Source: Burkholderiaceae bacterium
Lineage (GTDB): Bacteria > Pseudomonadota > Gammaproteobacteria > Burkholderiales > Burkholderiaceae_C
Direction of reading: 5' to 3'
NCBI GenBank assembly: GCA_024235955.1
Contig: JACKLJ010000003.1
Span: 163,027-227,026 of the forward strand
Length of the DNA stretch: 64,000 nucleotides
Numbering within the stretch: position 1 is the first letter of the stretch; every line of letters starts with the position of its first letter. Below, piece by piece: positions 8,818-28,943 of the stretch. The notes below the pieces were generated by a model. It ran no database searches and had not been told where the DNA came from. It was given only the letters and a program-made list of their open reading frames with translations. Both the position numbers and the translations under genes were made by a program.

Positions 8818-9510
8818 ATGACGAACCAGAATTCCAAGCCAAAAACGGCTCCAGCCCAGATGCAGCAGGCGCAGCCAGCTATTGATTCAGGAGTGGTCGA
8901 GGCGCTGCGCCAGCGCCTGCCGCAGGGCGTGAAGGTGCTGATGATCGACAACTACGACAGCTTCACCTACAACATCGTGCAGTACTTCGGCGAGCTGGGC
9001 GCCGAAGTCACCACGCTGCGCAACGACGAGGTCACGCTGGACGAGCTGGACGCCATGTTCCAGCGCGGCGCCTTCGAGCGCCTGTGCATCAGCCCCGGCC
9101 CCTGCTCGCCCGCCGAGGCCGGTGTGTCGGTGGCGGCCATCCGCCACTTCGCCGGCAAGCTGCCGATCCTGGGCGTGTGCCTGGGCCACCAGGCCATCGG
9201 CGCGGCCTTCGGCGGCACCATCGTGCGGGCGCAGCAGCTGATGCACGGCAAGACCAGCGTCATCACCACCACGCGGCAGGGCGTGTTCGCCGGCCTGCCG
9301 GAGCGCTTCACCGTCAACCGCTACCACTCGCTGGCGATCCGCAAGGACGACTGCCCGGCCGACCTGCAGGTCACCGCCTGGACCGACGACGGCGAGATCC
9401 AGGGCGTGAAGCACCAGACGCTGGACATCGAAGGCGTGCAGTTCCACCCCGAAAGCATCCTGACCGAGCACGGCCACGCGATGCTGGCCAACTTCCTGGC
9501 GGCACGATGA
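8818..9510 (+). CDS. trpG: Anthranilate synthase component II (glutamine amidotransferase), with repeat-derived N-terminal extension
   Basis: [29 protein letters not shown]. Directly follows trpE. Confidence 0.93.
   Translation: MTNQNSKPKTAPAQMQQAQPAIDSGVVEALRQRLPQGVKVLMIDNYDSFTYNIVQYFGELGAEVTTLRNDEVTLDELDAMFQRGAFERLCISPGPCSPAEAGVSVAAIRHFAGKLPILGVCLGHQAIGAAFGGTIVRAQQLMHGKTSVITTTRQGVFAGLPERFTVNRYHSLAIRKDDCPADLQVTAWTDDGEIQGVKHQTLDIEGVQFHPESILTEHGHAMLANFLAAR
8830..8892 (-). repeat. Family A ~63-bp repeat, in frame in the trpG N-terminus
   Basis: Reverse complement reads TCCTGAATCAATAGCTGGCTGCGCCTGC...GGGCTGGAGCCGTTTTTGGCTTGGAA. Confidence 0.75.
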
Positions 9511-10598
9511 GCACCGCCGCCCCACCCCTGGTCGACCTGCGCAGCGACACCGTCACGCGGCCCACGCCCGCCATGCGCCAGGCCATGATGGACGCGCCGC
9601 TGGGCGACGACGTGTTCGGCGACGACCCGACGGTGAACGCCCTGCAGGCGCGCATCGCCGCCATCACCGGCAAGGAGGCGGCGCTGTTCATGCCCTCGGG
9701 CACGCAGAGCAATTTCTGCGGCATCCTGGCGCACTGCGGGCGCGGCGACGAGTACATCGTCGGCCAGCTGGCGCACACCTACCGGTATGAAGGCGGCGGC
9801 GCCGCCGTGCTGGGCAGCGTGCAGCCGCAGCCGCTGGCGCAAGATGCGGTCGGCCGCATGCAGCTGGCGGACATCGCCCCCGCCATCAAGCCGGACGACC
9901 CGCACTTCGCCCGCACCCGCCTGCTGTGCCTGGAAAACACCTGGAACGGCCACGTCATGCCCGACGACTACCTGCAGGGCGCGGTGGCGCTGGCGCGCGA
10001 ACGCGGCCTGGCCACGCACCTGGACGGCGCGCGCCTGTTCAACGCCGCTGTCGCCTCGGCCCGGCCGGGGCAGGGCGCACTGGCACGGGCCGGCGAGATC
10101 GCCGCGCTGTTCGACAGCGTCTCCATCTGCTTCAGCAAGGGGCTGGGCGCGCCCGTGGGCTCGGCCCTGTGCGGGTCCACCGAGCTGATCGCCCGCGCCC
10201 GCCGCATCCGCAAGATGGCCGGCGGGGCGATGCGCCAGGCCGGCCTGCTGGCGGCGGCGGCGCTGCACGCGCTGGAGCACCACGTCGAGCGGCTGGCGGA
10301 CGACCACGCGCTGGCCCAGCGGCTGGCGGGGGGCCTGCGCGGCGCGGAAGGCATCAGCGTGCGCTCGGCCCACACCAATATCGTCTTCGCCGACGTGGCG
10401 GGCGAGCGCGGCCCGGCGCTGCTGGCCCACCTGCAGGCGCAGAACATCCTGGCCACCGGGCTGATCGGCCTGCGCTTCGTCACCCACCTCGACGTGGATG
10501 CCGCCGGCATCGACCGCACCGTGGCGGCCATCCGAGCCTTCTTCGGCGCGCCGGCGGCGGCGGGCGCGGCGGGTGCCGCGCCGTCAGGCCCGTACTGA
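9507..10598 (+). CDS. ltaE: Low-specificity L-threonine aldolase
   Basis: [48 protein letters not shown] (PLP Lys). ATGA overlap with trpG. Confidence 0.93.
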   Translation: MSTAAPPLVDLRSDTVTRPTPAMRQAMMDAPLGDDVFGDDPTVNALQARIAAITGKEAALFMPSGTQSNFCGILAHCGRGDEYIVGQLAHTYRYEGGGAAVLGSVQPQPLAQDAVGRMQLADIAPAIKPDDPHFARTRLLCLENTWNGHVMPDDYLQGAVALARERGLATHLDGARLFNAAVASARPGQGALARAGEIAALFDSVSICFSKGLGAPVGSALCGSTELIARARRIRKMAGGAMRQAGLLAAAALHALEHHVERLADDHALAQRLAGGLRGAEGISVRSAHTNIVFADVAGERGPALLAHLQAQNILATGLIGLRFVTHLDVDAAGIDRTVAAIRAFFGAPAAAGAAGAAPSGPY

Positions 10599-10618
10599 CG
10601 GCCTTTGCGCCAGCCGCC

Positions 10619-11299
10619 ATGCCCGACGCTCACCACCTGCTGCTCTTCGTCGCCGCCGGCCTGGTGCTGAACCTGACGCCGGGGCCGGACGTGATGTTCA
10701 TCGTCGCCCACGCGGTGCGGCGCGGCGCGCGCCTGGGCGTGGTGGCGGCGCTGGGCATCTCGGCCGGCTGCTGCGTGCACGTGGCGGCGGCGGCGCTGGG
10801 CGTGTCGGCGCTGCTGGCGGCCAGCGGCACGGCGTTCGGGCTGCTCAAGTGGCTGGGCGCGGCCTACCTGGTGTGGGTGGGCGTGCAGATGCTGCGTGCG
10901 GCGCTGCGCCAGAACGCTCCTGATGTGATAGCTGTCGGCACCCGTCACGAAAGGGCTGGAGGCCGATTGGATGCTGAAATTACGCCGGGCGCCGTGTTCC
11001 GCCGCGGTTTCCTGACCAACGTGCTGAACCCCAAGGTGGCGCTGTTCTTCCTGGCCTTCGTGCCGCAGTTCATCGCGCCCGGCACGGCGCACCCGGCCTG
11101 GGTGTTCCTGGCGCTGGGGCTGCTGTTCACCGTCAACGGCCTGCTGGTGTGCGCCGGCTGGGCGCTGGCGGCGGCCTGGGTGGCGCGCCGTGCCGGCGTG
11201 CTGCAGCGCACGCTGCGCTGGCTGGACGGCGTGGCCGGCGGCCTGTTCGTCGCCTTCGGGGTGCGGCTGGCGCTGGCCCGGGCGCCCGGCGCGGCCTGA
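10619..11299 (+). CDS. LysE/RhtB-family amino-acid exporter
   Basis: [40 protein letters not shown]. Confidence 0.9.
   Translation: MPDAHHLLLFVAAGLVLNLTPGPDVMFIVAHAVRRGARLGVVAALGISAGCCVHVAAAALGVSALLAASGTAFGLLKWLGAAYLVWVGVQMLRAALRQNAPDVIAVGTRHERAGGRLDAEITPGAVFRRGFLTNVLNPKVALFFLAFVPQFIAPGTAHPAWVFLALGLLFTVNGLLVCAGWALAAAWVARRAGVLQRTLRWLDGVAGGLFVAFGVRLALARAPGAA
10916..10979 (+). repeat. Family A repeat, in frame in the LysE linker
   Basis: GCTCCTGATGTGATAGCTGTCGGCACCCGTC...AAGGGCTGGAGGCCGATTGGATGCTGAAA. Confidence 0.8.
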
Positions 11300-11337
11300 G
11301 GGTTTATCGTTCCATCTTTCCGCAAGCGAAGAAGACC

Positions 11338-12375
11338 ATGTCCATCACCCCCCAGGAGGCGCTGCAGCGCACCATCGAGCACCGCGAGATCTTCCACGAC
11401 GAGATGCTGCACCTGATGCGCCTCATCATGAACGGCGAGATCTCGCCGCTGATGGTGGCGGCCATCACCACCGGCCTGCGGGTGAAGAAGGAAACCATCG
11501 GCGAGATCACCGCCGCCGCGCAGGTGATGCGCGAGCTGTCCACCAAGGTGCACGTGGCCGACCGCACCCACCTGGTGGACGTGGTGGGCACCGGCGGCGA
11601 CGGCTCGCACACCTTCAACATCAGCACCTGCTCGATGTTCGTGGCCGCGGCGGCGGGCGCCAAGGTGGCCAAGCACGGCGGGCGCAGCGTGTCCAGCAAG
11701 TCGGGCAGCGCCGACGTGCTGGAGGCACTGGGCCTGCCGTTGAACCTCAAGCCCGAGCAGATCGCCCGCTGTGTGGCGGAGACCGGCGTGGGCTTCATGT
11801 TCGCGCCCAACCACCACCCGGCCATGAAGAACGTGGCGCCGATCCGCAAGGAGATGGGCGTGAAGACCATCTTCAACATCCTGGGGCCGCTCACCAACCC
11901 GGCCGGCGCGCCCAACATCCTGATGGGCGTGTTCCACCCGGATCTGGTGGGCATCCAGGTGCGCGCGCTGCAACGCCTGGGCGCCGAGCACGCGGTGGTG
12001 GTGTACGGCCGCGACGGCATGGACGAGGTCAGCCTGGGCGCCGCCACCCTGGTGGGCGAGCTGAAGAACGGCGAGATCACCGAGTACGAGATCCACCCCG
12101 AGGATTTCGGCCTGCAGATGATGAGCAACCGCAGCATCCGGGTGGAGACGCCCGAGCAGTCGCTGGCCATGCTGCGCGGCGTGCTGGCGGGCGATGAAGG
12201 CCCGGCCAAGGACATCGTCGTGCTGAACGCCGGCGCCACCCTGTACGCCGCCGGCGTGGCGCCGGACCTGCCGGACGGCCTCGCCCGCGCGCGCCAGGCC
12301 ATCGAATCCGGTTCCGCCCAGGCCAAGTTGGAGCAGGTGGTGGCGCTGGCGCAGCAGCTCGCCAGGGCCGCCTGA
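11338..12375 (+). CDS. trpD: Anthranilate phosphoribosyltransferase
   Basis: [47 protein letters not shown]. Confidence 0.97.
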   Translation: MSITPQEALQRTIEHREIFHDEMLHLMRLIMNGEISPLMVAAITTGLRVKKETIGEITAAAQVMRELSTKVHVADRTHLVDVVGTGGDGSHTFNISTCSMFVAAAAGAKVAKHGGRSVSSKSGSADVLEALGLPLNLKPEQIARCVAETGVGFMFAPNHHPAMKNVAPIRKEMGVKTIFNILGPLTNPAGAPNILMGVFHPDLVGIQVRALQRLGAEHAVVVYGRDGMDEVSLGAATLVGELKNGEITEYEIHPEDFGLQMMSNRSIRVETPEQSLAMLRGVLAGDEGPAKDIVVLNAGATLYAAGVAPDLPDGLARARQAIESGSAQAKLEQVVALAQQLARAA

Positions 12376-12388
12376 GCCGGCATCGGCC

Positions 12389-12541
12389 ATGTCCGCCATC
12401 TGGCACGATTCCGGCACCTGGATCGCCCTGGGCGTGACGCTGGTGACCCTGGTGGCGGCCGTGGCGATGCACCGGATTTTCGTCAAGATACTGAAGGAGC
12501 CCGCGCCCGAAGAGCGCGAGCAGCTACAAAAAGATGAGTAA
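12389..12541 (+). CDS. Small 50-aa single-pass membrane protein ([50 protein letters not shown])
   Basis: Hand-translated. Fills the trpD-trpC gap, has GC-rich codon usage and one hydrophobic helix, and its stop overlaps the trpC start. Confidence 0.6.
   Translation: MSAIWHDSGTWIALGVTLVTLVAAVAMHRIFVKILKEPAPEEREQLQKDE
12480..12541 (-). repeat. Degenerate family A repeat spanning the sORF C-terminus and trpC start
   Basis: Reverse complement TTACTCATCTTTTTGTAGCTGCTCGCGCTC...CGGGCT matches the left half of the consensus; the right half is weak. Confidence 0.4.
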
Positions 12542-13346
12542 CGTCCTGGACAAGATCGTCGCCGTCAAGCGCGAGGAAGTGGCGGCGGCGCAGAAGAAGC
12601 TGCCGCTGGCCGAGGTGCGCGCCGACGCCGAGAGCCGCGTGCTCACGCGCGACTTCGTGGGCGCGCTGCGCGCCAAGGTGGCCGCGGGGCAAGCCGCGGT
12701 GATTGCCGAGGTCAAGAAGGCCAGCCCGAGCAAGGGCGTGATCCGGGCTGATTTCGTGCCGGCCGACATCGCCCAGAGCTACGCCATCGGCAACACCGAT
12801 GCCGGCGGCAAGGTGAGCGCGGCCTGCCTGTCGGTGCTGACCGACCGGCAGTTCTTCCAGGGCAGCCCGGATTACCTGAAGCAGGCGCGCGCCAGCTGCA
12901 ACCTGCCGGTGCTGCGCAAGGACTTCATGGTCGATCCCTACCAGATCTACGAATCGCGCGCCATGGGGGCCGACTGCATCCTGCTCATCGCCGCCTGCCT
13001 GTCCGATGCCCAGATGGCCGAGCTCGAGGCCATTGCCCTCGGCCTCGATATGGCCGTGCTGGTGGAAGTGCACGACGGCGCCGAGCTGCAGCGCGCGCTC
13101 AAGCTCAAGACCCCGCTGGTGGGCATCAACAACCGTGACCTGCGCAGCTTCGACGTGCGCCTGGAAACCACGCTGGACCTGCTGCCCGAGGTGCCTGCCG
13201 AGCGCCTGCTGGTCACCGAAAGCGGCATCGCCACCCGCGCCGACGTGCAGCGCCTGCGCGCCGCCGGCGTGCACGCCTTCCTGGTCGGCGAAACCTTCAT
13301 GCGCGCGCCCGAGCCCGGCGAGGCGCTGGCGGCGCTGTTTGCCTGA
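12534..13346 (+). CDS. trpC: Indole-3-glycerol phosphate synthase
   Basis: [46 protein letters not shown]. Confidence 0.97.
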   Translation: MSNVLDKIVAVKREEVAAAQKKLPLAEVRADAESRVLTRDFVGALRAKVAAGQAAVIAEVKKASPSKGVIRADFVPADIAQSYAIGNTDAGGKVSAACLSVLTDRQFFQGSPDYLKQARASCNLPVLRKDFMVDPYQIYESRAMGADCILLIAACLSDAQMAELEAIALGLDMAVLVEVHDGAELQRALKLKTPLVGINNRDLRSFDVRLETTLDLLPEVPAERLLVTESGIATRADVQRLRAAGVHAFLVGETFMRAPEPGEALAALFA

Positions 13347-13361
13347 CGACGGTAGTCGAAT

Positions 13362-13427
13362 TGCTATTGATGGTGTAGCTGTCTGCGGCCGTCCTGCATG
13401 GGCTGGAGGCCGATTTGGTGCTGAAAA
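13362..13427 (+). repeat. Family A repeat (intergenic, trpC-ung)
   Basis: TGCTATTGATGGTGTAGCTGTCTGCGGCCGTC...GGGCTGGAGGCCGATTTGGTGCTGAAAA. Confidence 0.85.
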
Positions 13428-13481
13428 TCCCGCTCCTGCAGCGCTGACACCTTGCTCTTGGCTGGGTGGCCCGGATCGCTT

Positions 13482-13542
13482 CTTTATTCATAGCTGCCTG
13501 CGCCCGTCAGATAAGGGCTGGAGACCGATTTGATGCTTGAAA
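13482..13542 (+). repeat. Family A repeat; its right end contains the probable ung start codon
   Basis: ATAGCTGCCTGCGCCCGTCAGATAAGGGCTGGAGACCGATTTGATGCTTGAAA; direct repeat of the 13362 copy. Confidence 0.85.
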
Positions 13543-14303
13543 CTGGTGCGCCGCAGCCAGCGGCGCTGCACGACTGGCCCGGCGACCTGGCGCCGCTGGC
13601 GGGCGGCTGGGGGCCGGTGGTCGGCGCCTTCCTGGCCTCGCCGGCCGGCCAGGCGCTGGATCGGCAGTTGCGCGCCCGGCTGGCGGCTGGCGCCACCGTC
13701 TACCCGCCCCAACCCTGGCGCGCGCTGGCGCTCACACCGCCGCAGCGGGTGAAGGTGGTGATCCTGGGTCAGGACCCGTACCACGGGCCCGGCCAGGCCA
13801 CGGGCCTGGCGTTCGACGTGCCGCCCGGCGTGCGCACGCCGCCGAGCCTGCGCAACATCTTCAAGGAGCTGGCGCGCAGCTGCGGCCGCCCGCCGGTCAC
13901 GGGCGCCGGCCTGCTGGCGCACTGGGCCCGCCAGGGCGTGCTGCTGCTCAACACCAGCCTGACGGTGGAGGCGGGCCAGGCCGCCAGCCACGCCCGGCTG
14001 GGCTGGCAGACGCTCACCGACGCCGTGCTGGCGCACCTGGCCGCCCACCCGGCACCGCGCGCCTACCTGCTGTGGGGCGCGCACGCCCAGGCTCGCGCGC
14101 CCAGGGCGCAGCCAGGCGTGCCGCAACTGGTGCTCACGGCCAACCACCCCTCGCCGCTGTCCGCGCTGCGGCCGCCCGAGCCCTTCATCGGCTGCGACCA
14201 TTTCCGCAAGGCCAACGCCTTCCTGGTGGCCCAGGGGCAGACGCCGGTTGACTGGCTGGGCGAGCACCTGGAGGACAGGCCGGCGCAGGGCGCCGCGGCC
14301 TGA
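13533..14303 (+). CDS. ung: Uracil-DNA glycosylase (family 1)
   Basis: GQDPYH, PPSLRNIFKEL, GVLLLN, HPSPLS. Start is ATG 13533 or TTG 13530. Confidence 0.95.
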   Translation: MLETGAPQPAALHDWPGDLAPLAGGWGPVVGAFLASPAGQALDRQLRARLAAGATVYPPQPWRALALTPPQRVKVVILGQDPYHGPGQATGLAFDVPPGVRTPPSLRNIFKELARSCGRPPVTGAGLLAHWARQGVLLLNTSLTVEAGQAASHARLGWQTLTDAVLAHLAAHPAPRAYLLWGAHAQARAPRAQPGVPQLVLTANHPSPLSALRPPEPFIGCDHFRKANAFLVAQGQTPVDWLGEHLEDRPAQGAAA

Positions 14304-14314
14304 GGGCTGCCGGC

Positions 14315-14344
14315 TTGCCGGGAGCCCTCATTTGGTGGCATAAT
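14315..14344 (+). promoter_or_regulatory. Sigma70-type promoter candidate for the tRNA-tuf operon
   Basis: TTGCCG, 18-nt spacer, CATAAT preceded by TG, 15 nt upstream of tRNA-Tyr. Confidence 0.5.
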
Positions 14345-14359
14345 CCAAGGTTCTCTGCC

Positions 14360-14445
14360 GGAGAGGTGGCCGAGTGGTTAATGGCAGCAGACTGTAAATC
14401 TGCCGGTTTACACCTACGCTGGTTCGAATCCAGCCCTCTCCACCA
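14360..14445 (+). tRNA. tRNA-Tyr(GTA)
   Basis: GGAGAGG/CCTCTCC acceptor, GCAGA-CTGTAAA-TCTGC anticodon arm, long variable arm, TTCGAAT, CCA. Confidence 0.97.
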
Positions 14446-14549
14446 GCAGATAAGTTGTCGAAGCGTACCGGTCGGTGGCTGCGGGCAACGGGAGCGCTCC
14501 AGCTGGGCGGCCCGGCGCCGGCAATCCAGGCGGTGGGACGGCTTGGTTC

Positions 14550-14623
14550 GCGGGAGTAGTTCAATGGTAGAACCTTAGCCTTCCAAGCTAATGACGCGGG
14601 TTCGATTCCCGTCTCCCGCTCCA
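14550..14623 (+). tRNA. tRNA-Gly(TCC)
   Basis: GCGGGAG/CTCCCGC acceptor, TTAGC-CTTCCAA-GCTAA, TTCGATT, CCA. Confidence 0.97.
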
Positions 14624-14652
14624 GCTTCGCGGTAGACAACGAACGGTTTATC

Positions 14653-14727
<75 letters not shown>

Positions 14728-14803
14728 GATTGGCGCAGCGCTCCGGGTGGGGCGTCTGCGCCGTTGACATGTGATTTAGGTTGATTTTTTCGGAGTCGAA
14801 GAA

Positions 14804-15994
<1,191 letters not shown>

Positions 15995-16019
15995 TCGCTG
16001 ATCGCAAGGGATTGGCCGA

Positions 16020-16095
16020 AGGGGTATAGCTCAATTGGCAGAGCGTCGGTCTCCAAAACCGAAGGTTGGGGGTTCGATTCCCTCTGCCCCTGCCA
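16020..16095 (+). tRNA. tRNA-Trp(CCA)
   Basis: AGGGGTA/TGCCCCT acceptor, TCGGT-CTCCAAA-ACCGA, TTCGATT, CCA. Located between tuf and secE. Confidence 0.97.
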
Positions 16096-16124
16096 CCTGA
16101 ATCCAGGTGTCCGGCTCCCCGCAA

Positions 16125-16152
16125 AAGCCCGCCAAAATCGCTTGGCGGGCTT
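16125..16152. terminator. Perfect 11-bp hairpin after tRNA-Trp (terminator or processing signal)
   Basis: AAGCCCGCCAA-N6-TTGGCGGGCTT. Weak U tail on the plus strand. Confidence 0.4.
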
Positions 16153-16212
16153 GCGCGTCTGAATGGATTTGATTTTTCGTCGCCTCTGGCGGCGACATGG
16201 AACAACGCCGTT

Positions 16213-16596
16213 ATGGCAAGCACGCAAGTTGAAACCGTAAGCTCGGGCGCCGACAAGGTGCGGCTGGTCCTGGTGGGCCTGCTGGTCATCGGCGCCCTGG
16301 CGGCTTTCTACCTTCTGTCCAAGGAAGGCCCGGTCGCCCAGTGGGGTGGCCTGGTGGCGGGCCTGGTGCTGGCAGCGGTCGTATTCTTCACCGCCGAAAC
16401 CGGCAAGCGGCTGATCGGCTTCGGCCGCGATTCCTGGCGCGAAGTCAAGAAGGTGGTGTGGCCGACCCGCAAGGAGGCCATGCAGACCACCGCCTTCGTG
16501 TTCGCCTTCGCGGTGGTGATGGCGCTGTTCCTGTGGATGACCGACAAGACGCTCGAATGGGTCTTCTATGACCTGATTCTGGGCTGGAGAAAGTGA
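16213..16596 (+). CDS. secE: Preprotein translocase subunit SecE
   Basis: Three hydrophobic segments and [12 protein letters not shown]; immediately upstream of nusG. Confidence 0.95.
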   Translation: MASTQVETVSSGADKVRLVLVGLLVIGALAAFYLLSKEGPVAQWGGLVAGLVLAAVVFFTAETGKRLIGFGRDSWREVKKVVWPTRKEAMQTTAFVFAFAVVMALFLWMTDKTLEWVFYDLILGWRK

Positions 16597-16598
16597 AC

Positions 16599-17177
16599 AT
16601 GTCCGACGTGGCGAGCGAAGCGGCCGTGCCCGCATCGAACAACCCCGACATGAAGTGGTATGTCGTGCACGCCTACTCCGGCATGGAGAAGGCGGTGGAG
16701 CGCAACATCCTCGAGCGCATCAACCGCGCCGGCATGCAGGGCAAGTTCGGTCGCATCATGGTGCCGACGGAAGAGGTGGTCGAGGTCAAGAATGGCCAGA
16801 AGCGCACCACCGAGCGCAAGTTCTTCCCGGGCTATGTGCTGGTCGAGATGGTGATGGACGACGAGACCTGGCACCTGGTGAAGCACACCAACAAGGTGAC
16901 GGGCTTCGTGGGCGGTGCCAAGAACCGTCCGGCGCCCATCTCCGAGGACGATGTGATGAAGATCGTCCACCAGATGCAGGAAGGCACGGACAAGCCGCGC
17001 CACAAGGTCGAGTTCGAGGTGGGCGAGTACGTCCGCGTCAAGGAAGGCCCGTTCACCGACTTCAACGGTACCGTGGAAGAGGTGAACTACGAGAAGAGCA
17101 AGCTGCGCGTGTCGGTGACCATCTTCGGTCGTGCCACGCCGGTGGAACTGGAGTTCGGCCAGGTCGAGAAGGCCTGA
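16599..17177 (+). CDS. nusG: Transcription termination/antitermination factor NusG
   Basis: [24 protein letters not shown] motif [18 protein letters not shown]. Confidence 0.98.
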   Translation: MSDVASEAAVPASNNPDMKWYVVHAYSGMEKAVERNILERINRAGMQGKFGRIMVPTEEVVEVKNGQKRTTERKFFPGYVLVEMVMDDETWHLVKHTNKVTGFVGGAKNRPAPISEDDVMKIVHQMQEGTDKPRHKVEFEVGEYVRVKEGPFTDFNGTVEEVNYEKSKLRVSVTIFGRATPVELEFGQVEKA

Positions 17178-17294
17178 TTCCGGCGCAGCAAGTTTTGGCG
17201 CTTTCGCGACTCGGCGCCCACTAAGCAGAGTCGCACCAACCCCGGGGAGCCTGGCACAGCGTCCAGGCGTTAGTACCCGCAAGGAGAAACGAAG

Positions 17295-17726
17295 ATGGCG
17301 AAGAAAATCGTCGGCTTCATCAAGCTGCAAGTGCCAGCTGGTAAGGCCAACCCGTCGCCGCCGATTGGCCCTGCACTGGGTCAGCGCGGTCTGAACATCA
17401 TGGAGTTCTGCAAGGCGTTCAACGCCCAGACCCAGGGCGTCGAGCCTGGTCTGCCGCTGCCGGTGGTGATCACCGCGTTCGCGGACAAGAGCTTCACGTT
17501 CATCATCAAGACGCCGCCGGCGACCACGCTGATCAAGAAGGCGATCAAGCTGGACAAGGGCTCCAGCAAGCCGCACACCGACAAGGTGGGCAAGATCACC
17601 CGAGCCCAGCTCGAGGAGATCGCCAAGACCAAGATGAAGGACATGACGGCCGCCGACCTGGACGCTGCCGTGCGCACCATCGCCGGCTCGGCCCGTTCGA
17701 TGGGCGTGACCGTGGAGGGCGTGTGA
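17295..17726 (+). CDS. rplK: 50S ribosomal protein L11
   Basis: [26 protein letters not shown]. Confidence 0.99.
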   Translation: MAKKIVGFIKLQVPAGKANPSPPIGPALGQRGLNIMEFCKAFNAQTQGVEPGLPLPVVITAFADKSFTFIIKTPPATTLIKKAIKLDKGSSKPHTDKVGKITRAQLEEIAKTKMKDMTAADLDAAVRTIAGSARSMGVTVEGV

Positions 17727-17727
17727 C

Positions 17728-18423
17728 ATGGCCAAGCTGACCAAGAAACAGAAAGCGCAACAGGGCAAGATCGACAGCACCAAGCTGTACGCGCTGGCCG
17801 ACGCCCTGACGCTGGTGAAAGAGAGCGCCACCGCCAAGTTCGACGAGTCGATCGACGTCGCCGTGCAGCTGGGCGTGGACGCCAAGAAGTCCGACCAGGT
17901 GGTGCGTGGCGCCGTGGTGCTGCCCAACGGCACCGGCAAGACCAAGCGTGTCGCGGTGTTCGCCCAGGGCGCCAAGGCCGAGGAAGCCAAGGCCGCTGGT
18001 GCCGACATTGTCGGCATGGACGATCTGGCTGCTCAGGTGAAGGCCGGCGACATGCCGTTCGATGTGGTGATCGCCGCGCCCGACGCGATGCGCGTGGTGG
18101 GTACGCTGGGCCAGATCCTGGGGCCGCGCGGCCTGATGCCGAACCCCAAGGTCGGCACCGTGACGCCCGACGTGGCCACCGCGGTGAAGAACGCCAAGGC
18201 TGGTCAGGTGCAGTTCCGCGTCGACAAGGCCGGCATCGTGCACGGCACCATCGGCCGCCGTTCGTTCGACAACGACAAGCTGCAGGGCAACCTGGCGGCA
18301 CTGGTCGATGCGCTGAACAAGGCCAAGCCGGCCACCAGCAAGGGTGTGTACCTGCGCAAGGTGGCGGTGTCCAGCACCATGGGTGTCGGCGTGCGCGTCG
18401 ACACGCAGACGATTACGGCCTGA
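17728..18423 (+). CDS. rplA: 50S ribosomal protein L1
   Basis: [31 protein letters not shown]. Confidence 0.99.
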   Translation: MAKLTKKQKAQQGKIDSTKLYALADALTLVKESATAKFDESIDVAVQLGVDAKKSDQVVRGAVVLPNGTGKTKRVAVFAQGAKAEEAKAAGADIVGMDDLAAQVKAGDMPFDVVIAAPDAMRVVGTLGQILGPRGLMPNPKVGTVTPDVATAVKNAKAGQVQFRVDKAGIVHGTIGRRSFDNDKLQGNLAALVDALNKAKPATSKGVYLRKVAVSSTMGVGVRVDTQTITA

Positions 18424-18504
18424 CGGCCGTCGTGAGATTCAGCGCTTGCCGCAAGGTGGGCGCCGATGTGGTGGGCCAGGGCGTCTCTCGCGAGTCGCAC
18501 TGGG

Positions 18505-18675
18505 TCATCCAAGACCGCTGGCGCACGGTGTGCCGTGTTTAATTGCTATCGCATAGATAGCTGCCAGCGCAGATGGCGAGCCCGCTGCAAGGGAATTTGA
18601 TCCTGAACAGTAGGTCGCTGCAAGAGGCGCGCCGAAGCCGATCCCCGGCTGAGGCGCATTTTGAAGGAGTAGACC
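18505..18675 (+). promoter_or_regulatory. L10 leader (ribosomal protein autoregulatory RNA), probable
   Basis: CCAAGACCGCTGGCG...GCCAGCGCAGATGG structured leader between rplA and rplJ; position matches the established rplJL leader. Confidence 0.6.
18544..18607 (+). repeat. Family A-like sequence inside the rplJ leader
   Basis: TGCTATCGCATAGATAGCTGCCAGCGC...ATTTGATCCTGAA. Left half is a strong match, right half weaker. Confidence 0.45.
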
Positions 18676-19182
18676 TTGAGTCTGAATCGCAGTGAGAAAG
18701 AAGCGGTCATTTCCGATGTGACCAGCCTCGCCGCTAAAGCTCAAACGCTCGTGATGGCGGAATACCGTGGCATCACGGTCGCCGACATGACCCAACTGCG
18801 CACCAATGCCCGCAGCAGCGGCGTCACGCTCAGTGTGTTGAAGAACACGCTGGCGCGCCGTGCGCTGGCAGGCAGTGCCTTCGAGGTGGTGTCCGACCAG
18901 ATGACCGGCCCGCTGATCTATGGCTTCTCCGAAGATGCCGTGGCCGCCGCCAAGGTGGTGGCCGATTTCGCGAAAACCAACGACAAGCTGGTCATTCGCG
19001 GTGGCGTCTACGGTGGCAAGGCCCTGGATGTGAGCGGTGTGAAGAAGCTCGCCAGCATTCCTACCAAGGAAGTGCTGCTGGCCCAGCTGTGCGGCTTGCT
19101 CAAGTCGCCGATCTCCCGCACGGCCATCGTGCTGGGTGCGCTGGCGGCCAAAAAGGGCGAAGGCGAAGCTGCCGCGGCCTGA
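18676..19182 (+). CDS. rplJ: 50S ribosomal protein L10
   Basis: TTG start after AGGAG; [25 protein letters not shown]. Confidence 0.97.
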   Translation: MSLNRSEKEAVISDVTSLAAKAQTLVMAEYRGITVADMTQLRTNARSSGVTLSVLKNTLARRALAGSAFEVVSDQMTGPLIYGFSEDAVAAAKVVADFAKTNDKLVIRGGVYGGKALDVSGVKKLASIPTKEVLLAQLCGLLKSPISRTAIVLGALAAKKGEGEAAAA

Positions 19183-19227
19183 TGGCGCGTGGCCCGATGC
19201 AACCATTAACTGTTTTAGGAAATCAAC

Positions 19228-19608
<381 letters not shown>

Positions 19609-19689
19609 GTCGGCTCCAGCCTGCCGCTCGCGGCGGCTGGTACCCGATGGATGGGCTGGTGACCAACCAGCCCGTGCGCTTTCAGAGCG

Positions 19690-19737
19690 CACCTGAAAGC
19701 TCGCCCCGTGGGGCGGCTTTCAGGTGTCTTCTGATTT
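19690..19737 (+). terminator. Hairpin between rplL and rpoB (attenuator/terminator candidate)
   Basis: CACCTGAAAGC...GCTTTCAGGTG with an inner CGCCC/GGGCG stem, followed by TCTTCTGATTT. Confidence 0.5.
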
Positions 19738-19888
19738 ACCGACTGCAGAGGACCACTTGGTTCGGGTCGCGTGCAACGCGCGGCCGTCCGCCATCGGCTG
19801 GTAGTGGCCAGCCACCAAGGATCGCAGGCTTCGCCTGCCGCCCAGTCGCCAGAAATCCTGGATGTTCCGTCTACCGCCCGGAGATTAC

Positions 19889-24001
<4,113 letters not shown>

Positions 24002-24021
24002 TTTGATAGGGAAAGAGTCAC

Positions 24022-28269
<4,248 letters not shown>

Positions 28270-28296
28270 TAGCCACTGACAGCCGTTGATCCGGCG

Positions 28297-28336
28297 AGCG
28301 CCCGTGTCCCTTTCACAGGGTACGGGCGCTTTTTTT
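28297..28336 (+). terminator. Rho-independent terminator of rpoBC
   Basis: AGCGCCCGT..CCCT/AGGG.ACGGGCGCT stem followed by a T run. Confidence 0.85.
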
Positions 28337-28355
28337 GGGGCGTATAGTCGTGACG

Positions 28356-28943
28356 ATGTTCGAATGGGGCGTGGCGCTGGCAGCCTTGCTCGGCGTGTTC
28401 TGGGTGATCGGCGCCTACAACCGGCTGACCCGGCTTCGCGCTGCGGTGGTGGACCGCTATGGCGTGCTCGACGAGATCCTGACGCGCTACGTGCTCTGGA
28501 TCCAGGGGTGTCTGCCGGACGACATCCGTACCGATTTTTCCACTCAGCCTGCTCCGCTGGAGCCGACAGCGCCACCTGACCAGGCTGGTCCTTGGTTGCG
28601 ACTCAAGGCTTCGTTGGATCAATACCTCCAGGCCATCGCGCAAGCCAGACGCCGACCGCTGGACGGTGAGGCCATGGCCGCGCTGGTGCTGGCGCATGCC
28701 ACACTTGCCGCCGCATGGGCGGGTGCGATGCAGGATCAGCAGCAGAGCGAGGCCGAACTGACGGAGCGCCAGCAACTTCGTCGCGCGCGCCTGCTGAGCC
28801 AGTGCGTTCCGCTGCGCGATGCCTACAACGAAGCGGTCAAGACCTACAACGCCGCCATCACCCAGTTTCCCGCGTGGCTGCTGGCACGGATGCTGCGCTT
28901 TCGGCCGGCCGGCAATCTCGTTCGGCTGGCGCTGGAGTCTTGA
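28356..28943 (+). CDS. lemA: LemA-family protein
   Basis: N-terminal TM, then 'YNRL..LR'; C-terminal 'YNEAVKTYNAAITQFPAWLLA..L.F'. Confidence 0.8.
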   Translation: MFEWGVALAALLGVFWVIGAYNRLTRLRAAVVDRYGVLDEILTRYVLWIQGCLPDDIRTDFSTQPAPLEPTAPPDQAGPWLRLKASLDQYLQAIAQARRRPLDGEAMAALVLAHATLAAAWAGAMQDQQQSEAELTERQQLRRARLLSQCVPLRDAYNEAVKTYNAAITQFPAWLLARMLRFRPAGNLVRLALES

